This document shows positions 1 through 6,758 of a DNA stretch of 32,575 bases, piece after piece (position 1 is the stretch's first letter; each line of letters starts with the position of its first letter). The DNA is taken from IMG/VR virus record IMGVR_UViG_3300021400_000096, positions 1-32,575 of that record; one strand, given 5' to 3'. The position numbers and the translations under genes were made by a program. This DNA comes from a virus. Under the pieces are notes generated by a model, which saw only the letters and a list, made by a program, of their open reading frames with translations, did not search any database and was not told the origin of the DNA.

Positions 1-107
1 TAAATTGATGTACCTTATATTTCAAGGGAAAACAAGGCATTTGTTGGCTACCTGTTGGCTACTCATTAAGTTTTATACATTACTTATTTAATAAAATCAT
101 CAATTTT
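1..107. repeat. Direct terminal repeat, copy 1 (identical to 32469..32575)
   Basis: Exact 107-nt match by eye (taaattgatgtacc...catcaatttt). This is either closure of a circular assembly or true terminal redundancy. Confidence 0.9.
42..62 (+). promoter_or_regulatory. Putative integrase arm-type sites, 2 x TGTTGGCTAC with 11-bp phasing (same DNA as 32510..32530)
   Basis: TGTTGGCTAC at 42..51 and 53..62. The same 10-mer occurs three times just after int. Confidence 0.55.
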
Positions 108-130
108 TTTAACTTTTTTTCATTTTATTA

Positions 131-159
131 TTGACACTACCTAGGTAGTATGCTATAAT
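131..159 (+). promoter_or_regulatory. Near-consensus sigma70 promoter with a 14-bp palindrome in the spacer
   Basis: TTGACA (131..136), 17-nt spacer, TGcTATAAT (151..159). The perfect palindrome ACTACCTAGGTAGT at 136..149 overlaps the spacer. Confidence 0.7.
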
Positions 160-207
160 ATATATGTAATCAAGAAAGATTACAAATAAAAATGAAAGGA
201 GGTTAAG

Positions 208-312
208 ATGACAATTTCATTAAAGGTTATCAACATTAAGATAACAAAAAAAGGAATTACATTAAAGATTGAGTTAGCAATTCCTTATATGGTTAGCAAG
301 AGTGGTAAATAA
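208..312 (+). CDS. Small ORF, 34 aa (MTISLKVINIKITKKGITLKIELAIPYMVSKSGK), unknown function
   Basis: ATG lies 7 nt after a strong AAAGGAGG Shine-Dalgarno, about 50 nt downstream of the consensus promoter. It is below the ORF-track size cut-off. Confidence 0.4.
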   Translation: MTISLKVINIKITKKGITLKIELAIPYMVSKSGK

Positions 313-366
313 ACCACTCCTCCTGCTAATAATATTATCACATTTAATAGAAATTGTCAAAAGTCT

Positions 367-732
367 ATGGCAAAGTTTGATAAAACAAAGTATGATATTG
401 ATTATCGTAAGAAGCACAAAGTACAATTCAATGTTGACCTTAACAAAGAAGAAATGGACTCTTTAAAAGAATTATTAAAGGTTACTAACACTAGAAAAGC
501 AGACTTTTTAAGAAATGCTATCAGAAATGAGTGCATAAAGAATAATGTATTATACTTTGACAGAGTTTCAACTTGTGATTGGTGTGGAGAAAAGAAATAT
601 GTATCTATCTGTCAATATGGCACTTCACACTACAACAGATTAATCTGCAAAGATTGTGCAGAGGCAACAATTGAACATCATAAAATGTTAGATGGCTCTA
701 CTCCATATTGGTATAGAGAAGATGAAGATTAA
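367..732 (+). CDS. Ribbon-helix-helix-like DNA-binding protein with C-terminal CxxC...CxxC zinc ribbon (moron)
   Basis: The N-terminus follows a beta-strand/helix/helix pattern (KVQFNVDLNKEEMDSLKELLKVTNTRKADFLRNAI). The C-terminus carries CDWCG...CKDC. There is no clear SD before the ATG. Confidence 0.55.
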   Translation: MAKFDKTKYDIDYRKKHKVQFNVDLNKEEMDSLKELLKVTNTRKADFLRNAIRNECIKNNVLYFDRVSTCDWCGEKKYVSICQYGTSHYNRLICKDCAEATIEHHKMLDGSTPYWYREDED

Positions 733-744
733 GCCACAAAAAAA

Positions 745-770
745 GACTAGGATTGCTCCTAGCCTTTTTA
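745..770. terminator. Bidirectional intrinsic terminator between convergent genes
   Basis: Stem CTAGGA/TCCTAG (747..752 and 757..762) with loop TTGC, flanked by an A-run upstream and a T-run downstream. Confidence 0.6.
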
Positions 771-779
771 TTTTATCTT

Positions 780-1874
780 TTATTTAATTTTTAATACTTG
801 ACCTGCATAGATGAAATTATAATAGTTGGCTCTGACTCCATGTCTTTGAGCATCACTATCAATTAAAGATTTATTCTTATTATAGATATCTTGCCATGTA
901 GTACCATATTTTTTAGCAATACCACTTAAAGTATCACCTCTTTGTACAGTATATGTAATTGAACTATTAGAAGCCCCTTTATTTGATGAATTAAGTATCT
1001 CATTTACTCTATTTTGAACTTCTGAATAGTTATATCCCTCTGCTTCTAATTTTGTCTTTCTTTCAGGATAATTACCATAATCTCCATTGATTACTTTTTT
1101 AGCAATTTCATCAAGTGATAGTTTTGTACTAGGTGCAGGTGCAGGTGTACTATTTCTACCTACTCCTTTATCAACTAGAGCCTGTACTGCATTATATCTA
1201 GAACCTAAAGCCTGTTTTCTTGCATCACCATTACCAAACTCACCTGTCCATACTCTTCTTGCAAGTTCTTCATCACTTACATTAGGAAATGGGTCTGTTG
1301 TAGGAGTGGATGGAGTATTTTGACTATACTCAACATAATTTAATTTACCATGATTAACCCATGTTCTAGTATTATAGCCACTTTTTTTACCTATATTACC
1401 TACTGCAGTTATTTGTACACCATCTTTCCAAATTGGAGTACACTCTACTGCTAATCCATTACCAATATAGATACCAACATGACCTGACATGTGTACTAAT
1501 TCTCCTACTTGAATATTAGAAAAATTAGTAGATACTCCTGTACAATATTTCATTATACCATCTGCACCTACATCAGGAACACCATTTGATGCATAAGATG
1601 CACCACCATAAATCTTACCTGTATTGCCAGACCATCCCCATAGAATACCTTTAATCAAGCAAACACAATCAAATCCAAATGTATCTGCACTTGCATTTCT
1701 TATTTTAGATGCTCTTGAACTTTGAGCATTATAAGAGTGATGATTGATATACCTTGTTTTATTGGTACTATTCATAGGTGCACCAAAACATCCCATTACA
1801 TATAATGTTTTATATTTTGTTGCAATATCTCTTGCAATATTAGCAAATTGAGTATTATTCATAACTTTACCCAT
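780..1874 (-). CDS. Endolysin: N-terminal Cys/His (NlpC/P60-like) hydrolase, two CW_7-like repeats, C-terminal LysM
   Basis: FDCVCLIKG...GHVGIYIGNG Cys-His motifs. Two repeats of type ARRVWTGEFGNGDARKQALGSRYNAVQALV. LysM signature YTVQRGDTLSGIAKKYG...IYAGQVLKI. GGAGG RBS present. Confidence 0.85.
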   Translation of the reverse strand: MGKVMNNTQFANIARDIATKYKTLYVMGCFGAPMNSTNKTRYINHHSYNAQSSRASKIRNASADTFGFDCVCLIKGILWGWSGNTGKIYGGASYASNGVPDVGADGIMKYCTGVSTNFSNIQVGELVHMSGHVGIYIGNGLAVECTPIWKDGVQITAVGNIGKKSGYNTRTWVNHGKLNYVEYSQNTPSTPTTDPFPNVSDEELARRVWTGEFGNGDARKQALGSRYNAVQALVDKGVGRNSTPAPAPSTKLSLDEIAKKVINGDYGNYPERKTKLEAEGYNYSEVQNRVNEILNSSNKGASNSSITYTVQRGDTLSGIAKKYGTTWQDIYNKNKSLIDSDAQRHGVRANYYNFIYAGQVLKIK

Positions 1875-1875
1875 A

Positions 1876-1998
1876 TTACTTTACCTCCTCTTCTTTTTCA
1901 TTGTAAACTTCTTCTGTATCTCCTACAGCCTCAACAAATTCTTCATCTGTTTCAGTTACTTCATCTGTAACTTCTTCTTTGATTTCTTTTTCTTCCAT
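1876..1998 (-). CDS. Possible 40-aa highly acidic micro-protein between holin and endolysin
   Basis: ATG follows a GGAGGAAAAAG RBS. Translation is MEEKEIKEEVTDEVTETDEEFVEAVGDTEEVYNEKEEEVK. The stop lies 1 nt before the endolysin ATG. Confidence 0.35.
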   Translation of the reverse strand: MEEKEIKEEVTDEVTETDEEFVEAVGDTEEVYNEKEEEVK

Positions 1999-2030
1999 CT
2001 TTCTTTTTCCTCCTTTACATTGGTTTATAT

Positions 2031-2061
2031 AAAAAAGAGAACATCAACTGTTCTCTTTTTT
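2031..2061 (-). terminator. Intrinsic terminator overlapping the holin stop codon
   Basis: 8-bp stem AGAGAACA/TGTTCTCT (2036..2043 and 2049..2056) with loop TCAAC. It is flanked by A6 and T5, so a U-run follows on the minus-strand RNA. Confidence 0.6.
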
Positions 2062-2244
2062 ATAGTTTGAACTTGATATCATTAATACTGCCCCTAGAAA
2101 AGTATCTACTGCAGTAATAGTACCGACAATTTCCTCACCATAAGGCAAATGCCATATACTTGCCAAAGCAAAGTATAAAGTACCTAGTGCAGGTAATACT
2201 ATTTGAGCAATATATTTTAAAATATCGTATGTTTTATTACTCAT
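2044..2244 (-). CDS. Holin (Dp-1-type, two TM segments)
   Basis: MSNKTYDILKYIAQIVLPALGTLYFALASIWHLPYGEEIVGTITAVDTFLGAVL resembles Dp-1 family holins. The ATG at 2244 follows GGAGGTG. The ORF-track start at 2292 is probably too long. Confidence 0.8.
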   Translation of the reverse strand: MSNKTYDILKYIAQIVLPALGTLYFALASIWHLPYGEEIVGTITAVDTFLGAVLMISSSNYKKENS

Positions 2245-2260
2245 AGACACACCTCCTATA

Positions 2261-2491
2261 CTATACTTTAAATACAAAAGCCAAAATGCCACCTATAACT
2301 GCTCCTAGAACCAATCTTACAATCCATTTTTGACTATCTTCTAGATTTTTAATTCTATTTTCATTATTTAGAGCCTTATTCATAGCATTTTCACTTGTTT
2401 CTTTTACACCCTTATAATCTTGCTCTTTTATTAATGTTTCTAAAACAGATAACCTTGATAGCACTTCTATTTGAAACTTATTATCTTCCAT
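2261..2491 (-). CDS. XhlA-like lysis-associated membrane protein
   Basis: 76 aa with an N-terminal coiled coil (LSRLSVLETLIKE...) and a C-terminal TM segment (WIVRLVLGAVIGGILAFVF). It sits directly upstream of the holin, as in PBSX-type cassettes. Confidence 0.65.
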   Translation of the reverse strand: MEDNKFQIEVLSRLSVLETLIKEQDYKGVKETSENAMNKALNNENRIKNLEDSQKWIVRLVLGAVIGGILAFVFKV

Positions 2492-2520
2492 ATCCCTAGC
2501 CCTTTCTGTCTTTAGTGTAC

Positions 2521-2548
2521 ATAAAAAGACAACATTTCTGTTGTCTTT
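2521..2548 (-). terminator. Hairpin plus U-run (late element A)
   Basis: 10-bp stem 2525..2534 / 2539..2548. The loop is GAAA on the minus-strand RNA, followed by TTTTTAT. Confidence 0.6.
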
Positions 2549-2559
2549 ACTACACTTAC

Positions 2560-2591
2560 ATTATAACATACTTCTTGTGTGAGTTTTGTGA
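2560..2591 (-). promoter_or_regulatory. Late promoter-like motif A: TCACA-N4-TCACA-N12-TATAAT
   Basis: On the minus strand, TCACAaaacTCACA lies at 2591..2578 and TATAAT at 2565..2560, with an extended TGt. The same architecture occurs at 19485..19516 and 22454..22485. Confidence 0.5.
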
Positions 2592-2595
2592 TAAT

Positions 2596-2697
2596 TTAGT
2601 TCTCTAGTGCTTCTTCAACTTGTGCTCTCCATCTTTCAGGAACATCTTCAAGAGTCATTTTGTGAAGTTTTATTTGCATAACATAGAACTTAACCAT
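2596..2697 (-). CDS. Small 33-aa XkdX/CD1375-like protein
   Basis: MVKFYVMQIKLHKMTLEDVPERWRAQVEEALEN. Its ATG overlaps the upstream stop (ATGGTTAA). The motif TLEDVPE+W/LR..V is typical of small proteins found after clostridial phage tail fibres. Confidence 0.45.
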   Translation of the reverse strand: MVKFYVMQIKLHKMTLEDVPERWRAQVEEALEN

Positions 2698-3001
2698 TAT
2701 AAATCACCTCTGCCATTTCAACTATAGCATCCTCTAGAGTATTTATTCTATCCTCTAAAGTGATTTTTTCATCTGATGGAGAATAATCTAAATATTTATA
2801 AGGGTCTTTCTTTATCATCTTCTCTGTTATTTCAGATGAATTAATTCTAAATTGATTAAAATCATGAACAAATAAAGTGTTTCCATCTTCATCTGTTACT
2901 TCTTCTACAAATCTGTAAATAAATACATCTGCCAAATCATTTTGTAATGGCATGTATCTATATTCAGGTTGTCTTTCACTAAATACTGCTCTTACTTGCA
3001 T
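2690..3001 (-). CDS. Hypothetical acidic protein (XkdW-like position), not Avd-like
   Basis: The ATG at 3001 lies 9 nt after AGGAGG, while the ORF-track start is 3022. It overlaps the RT 3' end by 23 nt. It is acidic with predicted beta content, unlike basic four-helix Avd proteins. Confidence 0.6.
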   Translation of the reverse strand: MQVRAVFSERQPEYRYMPLQNDLADVFIYRFVEEVTDEDGNTLFVHDFNQFRINSSEITEKMIKKDPYKYLDYSPSDEKITLEDRINTLEDAIVEMAEVIYNG

Positions 3002-4175
3002 TTGATATAACCTCCTTTGCATTTTTTAGAGTCTTTTTTAGTTTTACTTTCTTAAAGTATTTTTTACTCCATGAGTGCTTAAAATAGCCATGATATGATA
3101 CTACTTTATATGCATCCTCTAGAGTCAACTCAAAATTATTTCTTTTTGCTTTTAAATATACCTTATTTGCTCTATCAAATATTCTCTTTCTGATAGTAGT
3201 TTTATAAGTATATATCTTATATCCCATCATATCTATTGGTCTAGAGTCTAGTGGGAATAATTGATATGATGGTTTTAATGTTAAATCCATATTATTCAAG
3301 TATTCTTCAAGCATTTTAGATGCTTTTTTTACATTTTTCTTACTAGAACCTAATAATAATATGTCATCCATATAGAATAAAACATGATTTACAAGATTTA
3401 TTCTATTATCTCTTCTTGTTGTATATAACATTTCACTCACATAATGATATGGATATGATAAAAAGTAGTTAGCAAGGAATTGTGATAAATAAGAGCCTAT
3501 ACATAATCCCTCATCATAAGTATCTATTAATGTATAAAGCAAATAAAGCACTCTATCGTTCTTTATATCTCTTCTTAAATACTTTTTAATGATATCATGA
3601 TTAACACTAGGGTAAAACTTCTTAATATCACACTTAAAAACCCATTTACATTGTTTAGGGTTAGTTCTTATCCATGTTTCAATGGCATTTTTGCCAAATA
3701 TTTGACCTTTTTCTGATAAAGATGCACATTGATAATGCCCTATCTTTGCCAAAAACATCTTTTTACAAGCATTTACTGCAATATAGTCATAACATTGTTG
3801 CTTCATACTTGCAATTCCAATATTTCTCATCTTTTTTGCAGATGTATCATATCTTTCTTCATACATTATTGGAGATAGTTGTATATTATGATTAATTATC
3901 TCTAAATACATCTCTTTAGCAATATAATCAACCATTTTATGCAAGACAGTTCTATCTGTTCTTGCTATTTTTCTTATCCTTTTAGCCAAAATATGAGCAG
4001 GTGGGATATCACTTGTATATTGTGATACCCACTTCTGTACATATTCTGCAATGAAACAAGATGTATCATGTCTTGTCCATCTTTGCTTACCACTTGTAGT
4101 ACCATCCAAGCAATCATAAATGCTATATTTAACAAACTCATAAGATAAATCAAACTTACTTAAATATCTTTTCAT
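2979..4175 (-). CDS. DGR-type reverse transcriptase
   Basis: RT motifs are CDIKKFYPSV, GLCIGSYLSQFLANYFL (the DGR-typical xGxxxSQ), FYMDDILLLG (YMDD at 3363..3374) and LTLKPS...MGYKIY. It lies directly downstream of the TR. Confidence 0.9.
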   Translation of the reverse strand: MKRYLSKFDLSYEFVKYSIYDCLDGTTSGKQRWTRHDTSCFIAEYVQKWVSQYTSDIPPAHILAKRIRKIARTDRTVLHKMVDYIAKEMYLEIINHNIQLSPIMYEERYDTSAKKMRNIGIASMKQQCYDYIAVNACKKMFLAKIGHYQCASLSEKGQIFGKNAIETWIRTNPKQCKWVFKCDIKKFYPSVNHDIIKKYLRRDIKNDRVLYLLYTLIDTYDEGLCIGSYLSQFLANYFLSYPYHYVSEMLYTTRRDNRINLVNHVLFYMDDILLLGSSKKNVKKASKMLEEYLNNMDLTLKPSYQLFPLDSRPIDMMGYKIYTYKTTIRKRIFDRANKVYLKAKRNNFELTLEDAYKVVSYHGYFKHSWSKKYFKKVKLKKTLKNAKEVISNASKSSI

Positions 4176-4387
4176 TTGTTATCATCCTTTCAAGATATCA
4201 GGGACTTTCAGTTTATTTTACTAGCCCCACATTATATCTATATATCATATAATGTCTTTACTAACCCACATTGTGGCTTTCAAGTTGGTGTTACAATCTC
4301 AAAGTTTTAGCAATGCTAGAGTTAATTCAAAATTGAATTATGTCCTACCAAGGTACGGTGTCAAAAATCACTCCTTATATTTTTTAC
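4176..4387 (-). ncRNA. Non-coding TR-RT spacer (presumed 3' part of the DGR template RNA)
   Basis: 212 nt with no minus-strand ORF between TR and RT. It contains short palindromes, for example AATTCAAaaTTGAATT at 4324..4339. The role is inferred from other DGRs. Confidence 0.45.
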
Positions 4388-4497
4388 TTGAAATCCGAGC
4401 GAGGATATTCCAATTCGCATTAGTTACAGTATTATTAGCATTGAGGCAGGAAAGACCGGCATTAGTTCCATTATTCATATTACCGAGCCACAAGAAC
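4388..4497 (-). repeat. DGR template repeat (TR)
   Basis: Aligns with 4656..4765 at a constant offset of 268. It is non-coding here but, in VR frame, would read LFLWLGNMNNGTNAGLSCLNANNTVTNANWNILARIS with 10 AAT codons. Confidence 0.9.
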
Positions 4498-4528
4498 AAT
4501 CCTCTTTTTTTGACATCCTCAACTCAAC

Positions 4529-4537
4529 ATTATATCA
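4529..4537 (-). promoter_or_regulatory. Candidate extended -10 promoter (TGaTATAAT) for the TR-RT transcript
   Basis: The minus strand reads gTGATATAATg about 30 nt upstream of the TR. The -35 is weak (TTCAAT). Confidence 0.35.
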
Positions 4538-4601
4538 CTTTTTATTGATTTATTGAATATTTTGAAAGCATTTAATTTTGAATTTTTATTTTTTCTATAA
4601 T

Positions 4602-4621
4602 CAAGGGGAGAGCCCCTCTTG
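4602..4621 (-). promoter_or_regulatory. GC-rich hairpin immediately after the target-gene stop, about 35 nt 3' of VR
   Basis: CAAGGGGAGAGCCCCTCTTG has a GGGG/CCCC core (4605..4608 and 4613..4616) with flanking pairs. No U-run follows on either strand, so it is not a classic terminator. Confidence 0.5.
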
Positions 4622-4623
4622 TC

Positions 4624-6741
4624 CTATTCGGACAATTCACCCCCAACACCATTGATTGAAAGGCGAGCGAGGAGATACCAATACGCAAAAGCCACAGTAT
4701 TAATAGCATTGAGGCAGGAAAGACCGGCAAGAGTTCCATGATGCAGAGCACCGAGCCACAAGAACTCTCTTTGTCCTGATGTTCCACTATCTACATATAA
4801 ACCATCTGCATAGCCTACAGTAGAACCTGCACCACTTTGACCTGCTTTAGTAGGTACTGCAATTCCATCTTCTGTATCAAAACCATATTCAGTAATATAC
4901 TTCCATCCATTTAATGATGCAGGTTGAATTACTAAATCTGACTTTTTATAATTGTTCTTTGCAGTTGTTATATTTGTAGTAAGGATAGAAGCATTATTTG
5001 TATAATAAACCTCTCTATCTCCTGATGAGTTTACTATGTCCATAAATGCATTTCCTGCTACTTCATATCCACCTACACTCAATTCTATTCCATTGAATAC
5101 CATACCATGCTTACGATTAGTATTTGAGCCAACAGAACCTGTTCTACCTAGAATATCATCACTATATCCACTTCTTTCATGCATAGTTGATACCCAAGTG
5201 GTAGTTGTTGTAGTTATTGGTGCATGTTCTAGAATTAATGCAGTATGTCCACTATCTACTACTTCTTTGCCTATTACTTTTACATCATAGGCTAAATTAT
5301 GCATATATCCTTTACTTCTATCATTATCTGTTGCAGTACCTCTATCACCTACTGATACATAAGTATTAATATCAATATTATTTGCCTGTGCAGTAGTTAA
5401 TACTACTCTATTAACATTTGACTCTGCAACAGATACATTATATTGATAATTATTCTCTGTATTACCACCTAGAATTGATTGAGTATTCTTTGTTGCAAAT
5501 TGAAGATAGAAAGTAGTTAATATATGCATATAGTCAGACATTAATCCTGCACTATAATAAGAACCTTTTTGATGCATCAAACCAACACATCCACTATATG
5601 ATATACCATCTGAAAACTCTTCATCACCTGTTGGATTAGATAAGTAGTGAGCAGGTATTAATCCTTTAGAACTATATAAAGTTCCATCAATATCTCCTAC
5701 CACATATTTACCAATTGTGAACCAAGGACTAATAGTACCATCTTTATTTATAGCCTGTGGCACTACATTATAGCCTTTTCTAGGCATAAATGACCTAGAA
5801 ATGTATAAATATCCATCCTCTTCCCAAATCTTCTGATAATAGGTTCTAAATAAGCAGAAAACATCAACTTTTCCTGTATCTTTATAGTTTGGCATACCTT
5901 TAATTGATGTTACATGTCTTACACCATTGCTATCAACTACTGCATTAACATCATAACTTTGCCATGCTTCACTATAATTATTAACTTCCTCAACTGTATC
6001 TGTTGCAGGAGTTATTGATTTACCAATATTTGCATCTAATTTTTCACCTTGACATGTATTACTTGTATCCCATAAAGGAAATCTAACAGTATATACACCA
6101 TAATCAGGAGTCAAAGCAAAATGATTTTTGATACTCTCTTCAATTCTCTTTGAATTACCCCACTCACTAAAGGTAATACCTGTTGTTTCTTCGGCATCTT
6201 CCTCTATTTGTAAGGCATTTGCATTAAATCCATCTAATTTTGCATCATAATTGCTATTAAATGTATCTAATAGACTTGAAGCATTTGTATTAAACTCTTG
6301 TAATTTTGCTTCTGCATTTGCATTATAGGTAGGAATTAATCCCTCAACTCTATTAATTAAATCATCTAGTATTTGATAATTACTATCTGACTCAATATCA
6401 CTAGGGTCAATTTCTAATCCACTATCTACTACTTCAATAAGACATTTTTTACTATTTGTTAATTTACTATCTTCATCATATATTGATACACCAAAGAAAT
6501 ATCTACCTGTTACATCAAATATAGATGGGTCATCAATAGTTACTCTATTATTATTAATAGAAGTAACATAAACTTTGCCATTTGGCTTTAATAAATAAAA
6601 TAATTGTAGTGTACCTGTTTTACTAAATTGAAAAACAAGGTCAACTGAATTATAATCACCCTTAACTAGAGTGATAACATCTGATGTTAAACTATCAGAA
6701 CCCTCAAAATTAACTAAAACATTAAATATTTTATTTTCCAT
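4624..6741 (-). CDS. Tail fibre / receptor-binding protein, DGR target with C-terminal C-type-lectin-like variable tip
   Basis: 705 aa, last gene of the tail module. The C-terminus is ...EFLWLGALHHGTLAGLSCLNAINTVAFAYWYLLARLSINGVGGELSE. The W.G....AG....N pattern is typical of CLec-fold DGR variable regions. Confidence 0.85.
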   Translation of the reverse strand: MENKIFNVLVNFEGSDSLTSDVITLVKGDYNSVDLVFQFSKTGTLQLFYLLKPNGKVYVTSINNNRVTIDDPSIFDVTGRYFFGVSIYDEDSKLTNSKKCLIEVVDSGLEIDPSDIESDSNYQILDDLINRVEGLIPTYNANAEAKLQEFNTNASSLLDTFNSNYDAKLDGFNANALQIEEDAEETTGITFSEWGNSKRIEESIKNHFALTPDYGVYTVRFPLWDTSNTCQGEKLDANIGKSITPATDTVEEVNNYSEAWQSYDVNAVVDSNGVRHVTSIKGMPNYKDTGKVDVFCLFRTYYQKIWEEDGYLYISRSFMPRKGYNVVPQAINKDGTISPWFTIGKYVVGDIDGTLYSSKGLIPAHYLSNPTGDEEFSDGISYSGCVGLMHQKGSYYSAGLMSDYMHILTTFYLQFATKNTQSILGGNTENNYQYNVSVAESNVNRVVLTTAQANNIDINTYVSVGDRGTATDNDRSKGYMHNLAYDVKVIGKEVVDSGHTALILEHAPITTTTTTWVSTMHERSGYSDDILGRTGSVGSNTNRKHGMVFNGIELSVGGYEVAGNAFMDIVNSSGDREVYYTNNASILTTNITTAKNNYKKSDLVIQPASLNGWKYITEYGFDTEDGIAVPTKAGQSGAGSTVGYADGLYVDSGTSGQREFLWLGALHHGTLAGLSCLNAINTVAFAYWYLLARLSINGVGGELSE
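4656..4765 (-). repeat. DGR variable repeat (VR) in the last ~37 codons of the tail-fibre gene
   Basis: 17 mismatches to the TR. Sixteen are at plus-strand T in the TR, which is A in the coding sense (TR 4394, 4406, 4409, 4415, 4420, 4421, 4424, 4425, 4435, 4462, 4463, 4472, 4475, 4478, 4480, 4481). One is non-A (TR 4395 / VR 4663). Confidence 0.9.
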
Positions 6742-6758
6742 ATCTTTCTACCTCCTCT

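Larger units (their letters stand above)
2979..6741 (-). mobile_element. Diversity-generating retroelement cassette: target gene (VR) - TR - spacer - RT
   Basis: A DGR-type RT sits next to a 110-bp repeat pair whose mismatches are adenine-specific. See the individual features. Confidence 0.9.

Noticed and set aside
1-107. End repeats as attL/attR of an integrated prophage
   Set aside because: No host genes flank either copy. The repeat contains arm-type sites rather than a short core, and the gene order closes into a normal circular phage map.
1087-1323. Antisense ORFs inside long structural genes (also 3674..3895, 5036..5290, 7307..7489, 12420..12656, 13249..13503, 14441..14734, 14759..14986, 16841..17161, 17332..17556, 20029..20217, 21556..21756, 22511..22741, 27515..27706, 28452..28691, 29359..29559)
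   Set aside because: All are nested opposite, or out of frame, to well-supported genes. They lack RBSs and encode low-complexity S/L/F-rich sequence, as expected from reading AT-rich coding DNA backwards.
2690-3022. Possible Avd accessory protein of the DGR
   Set aside because: It is acidic, predicted beta-rich and located downstream of the RT. Avd proteins are basic four-helix bundles normally found upstream of the TR. I kept it as hypothetical pending a profile search.
4252-4548. 98-aa plus-strand ORF covering the TR and the spacer
   Set aside because: It runs antisense through the DGR template repeat and non-coding spacer and has no RBS. Its apparent similarity to the tail-fibre region is simply the TR/VR repeat read on the wrong strand.
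4572-4787. 71-aa minus-strand ORF overlapping the tail-fibre 3' end
   Set aside because: It is an alternative frame across the GC-rich VR, fully nested in or abutting the 705-aa gene, with no RBS.
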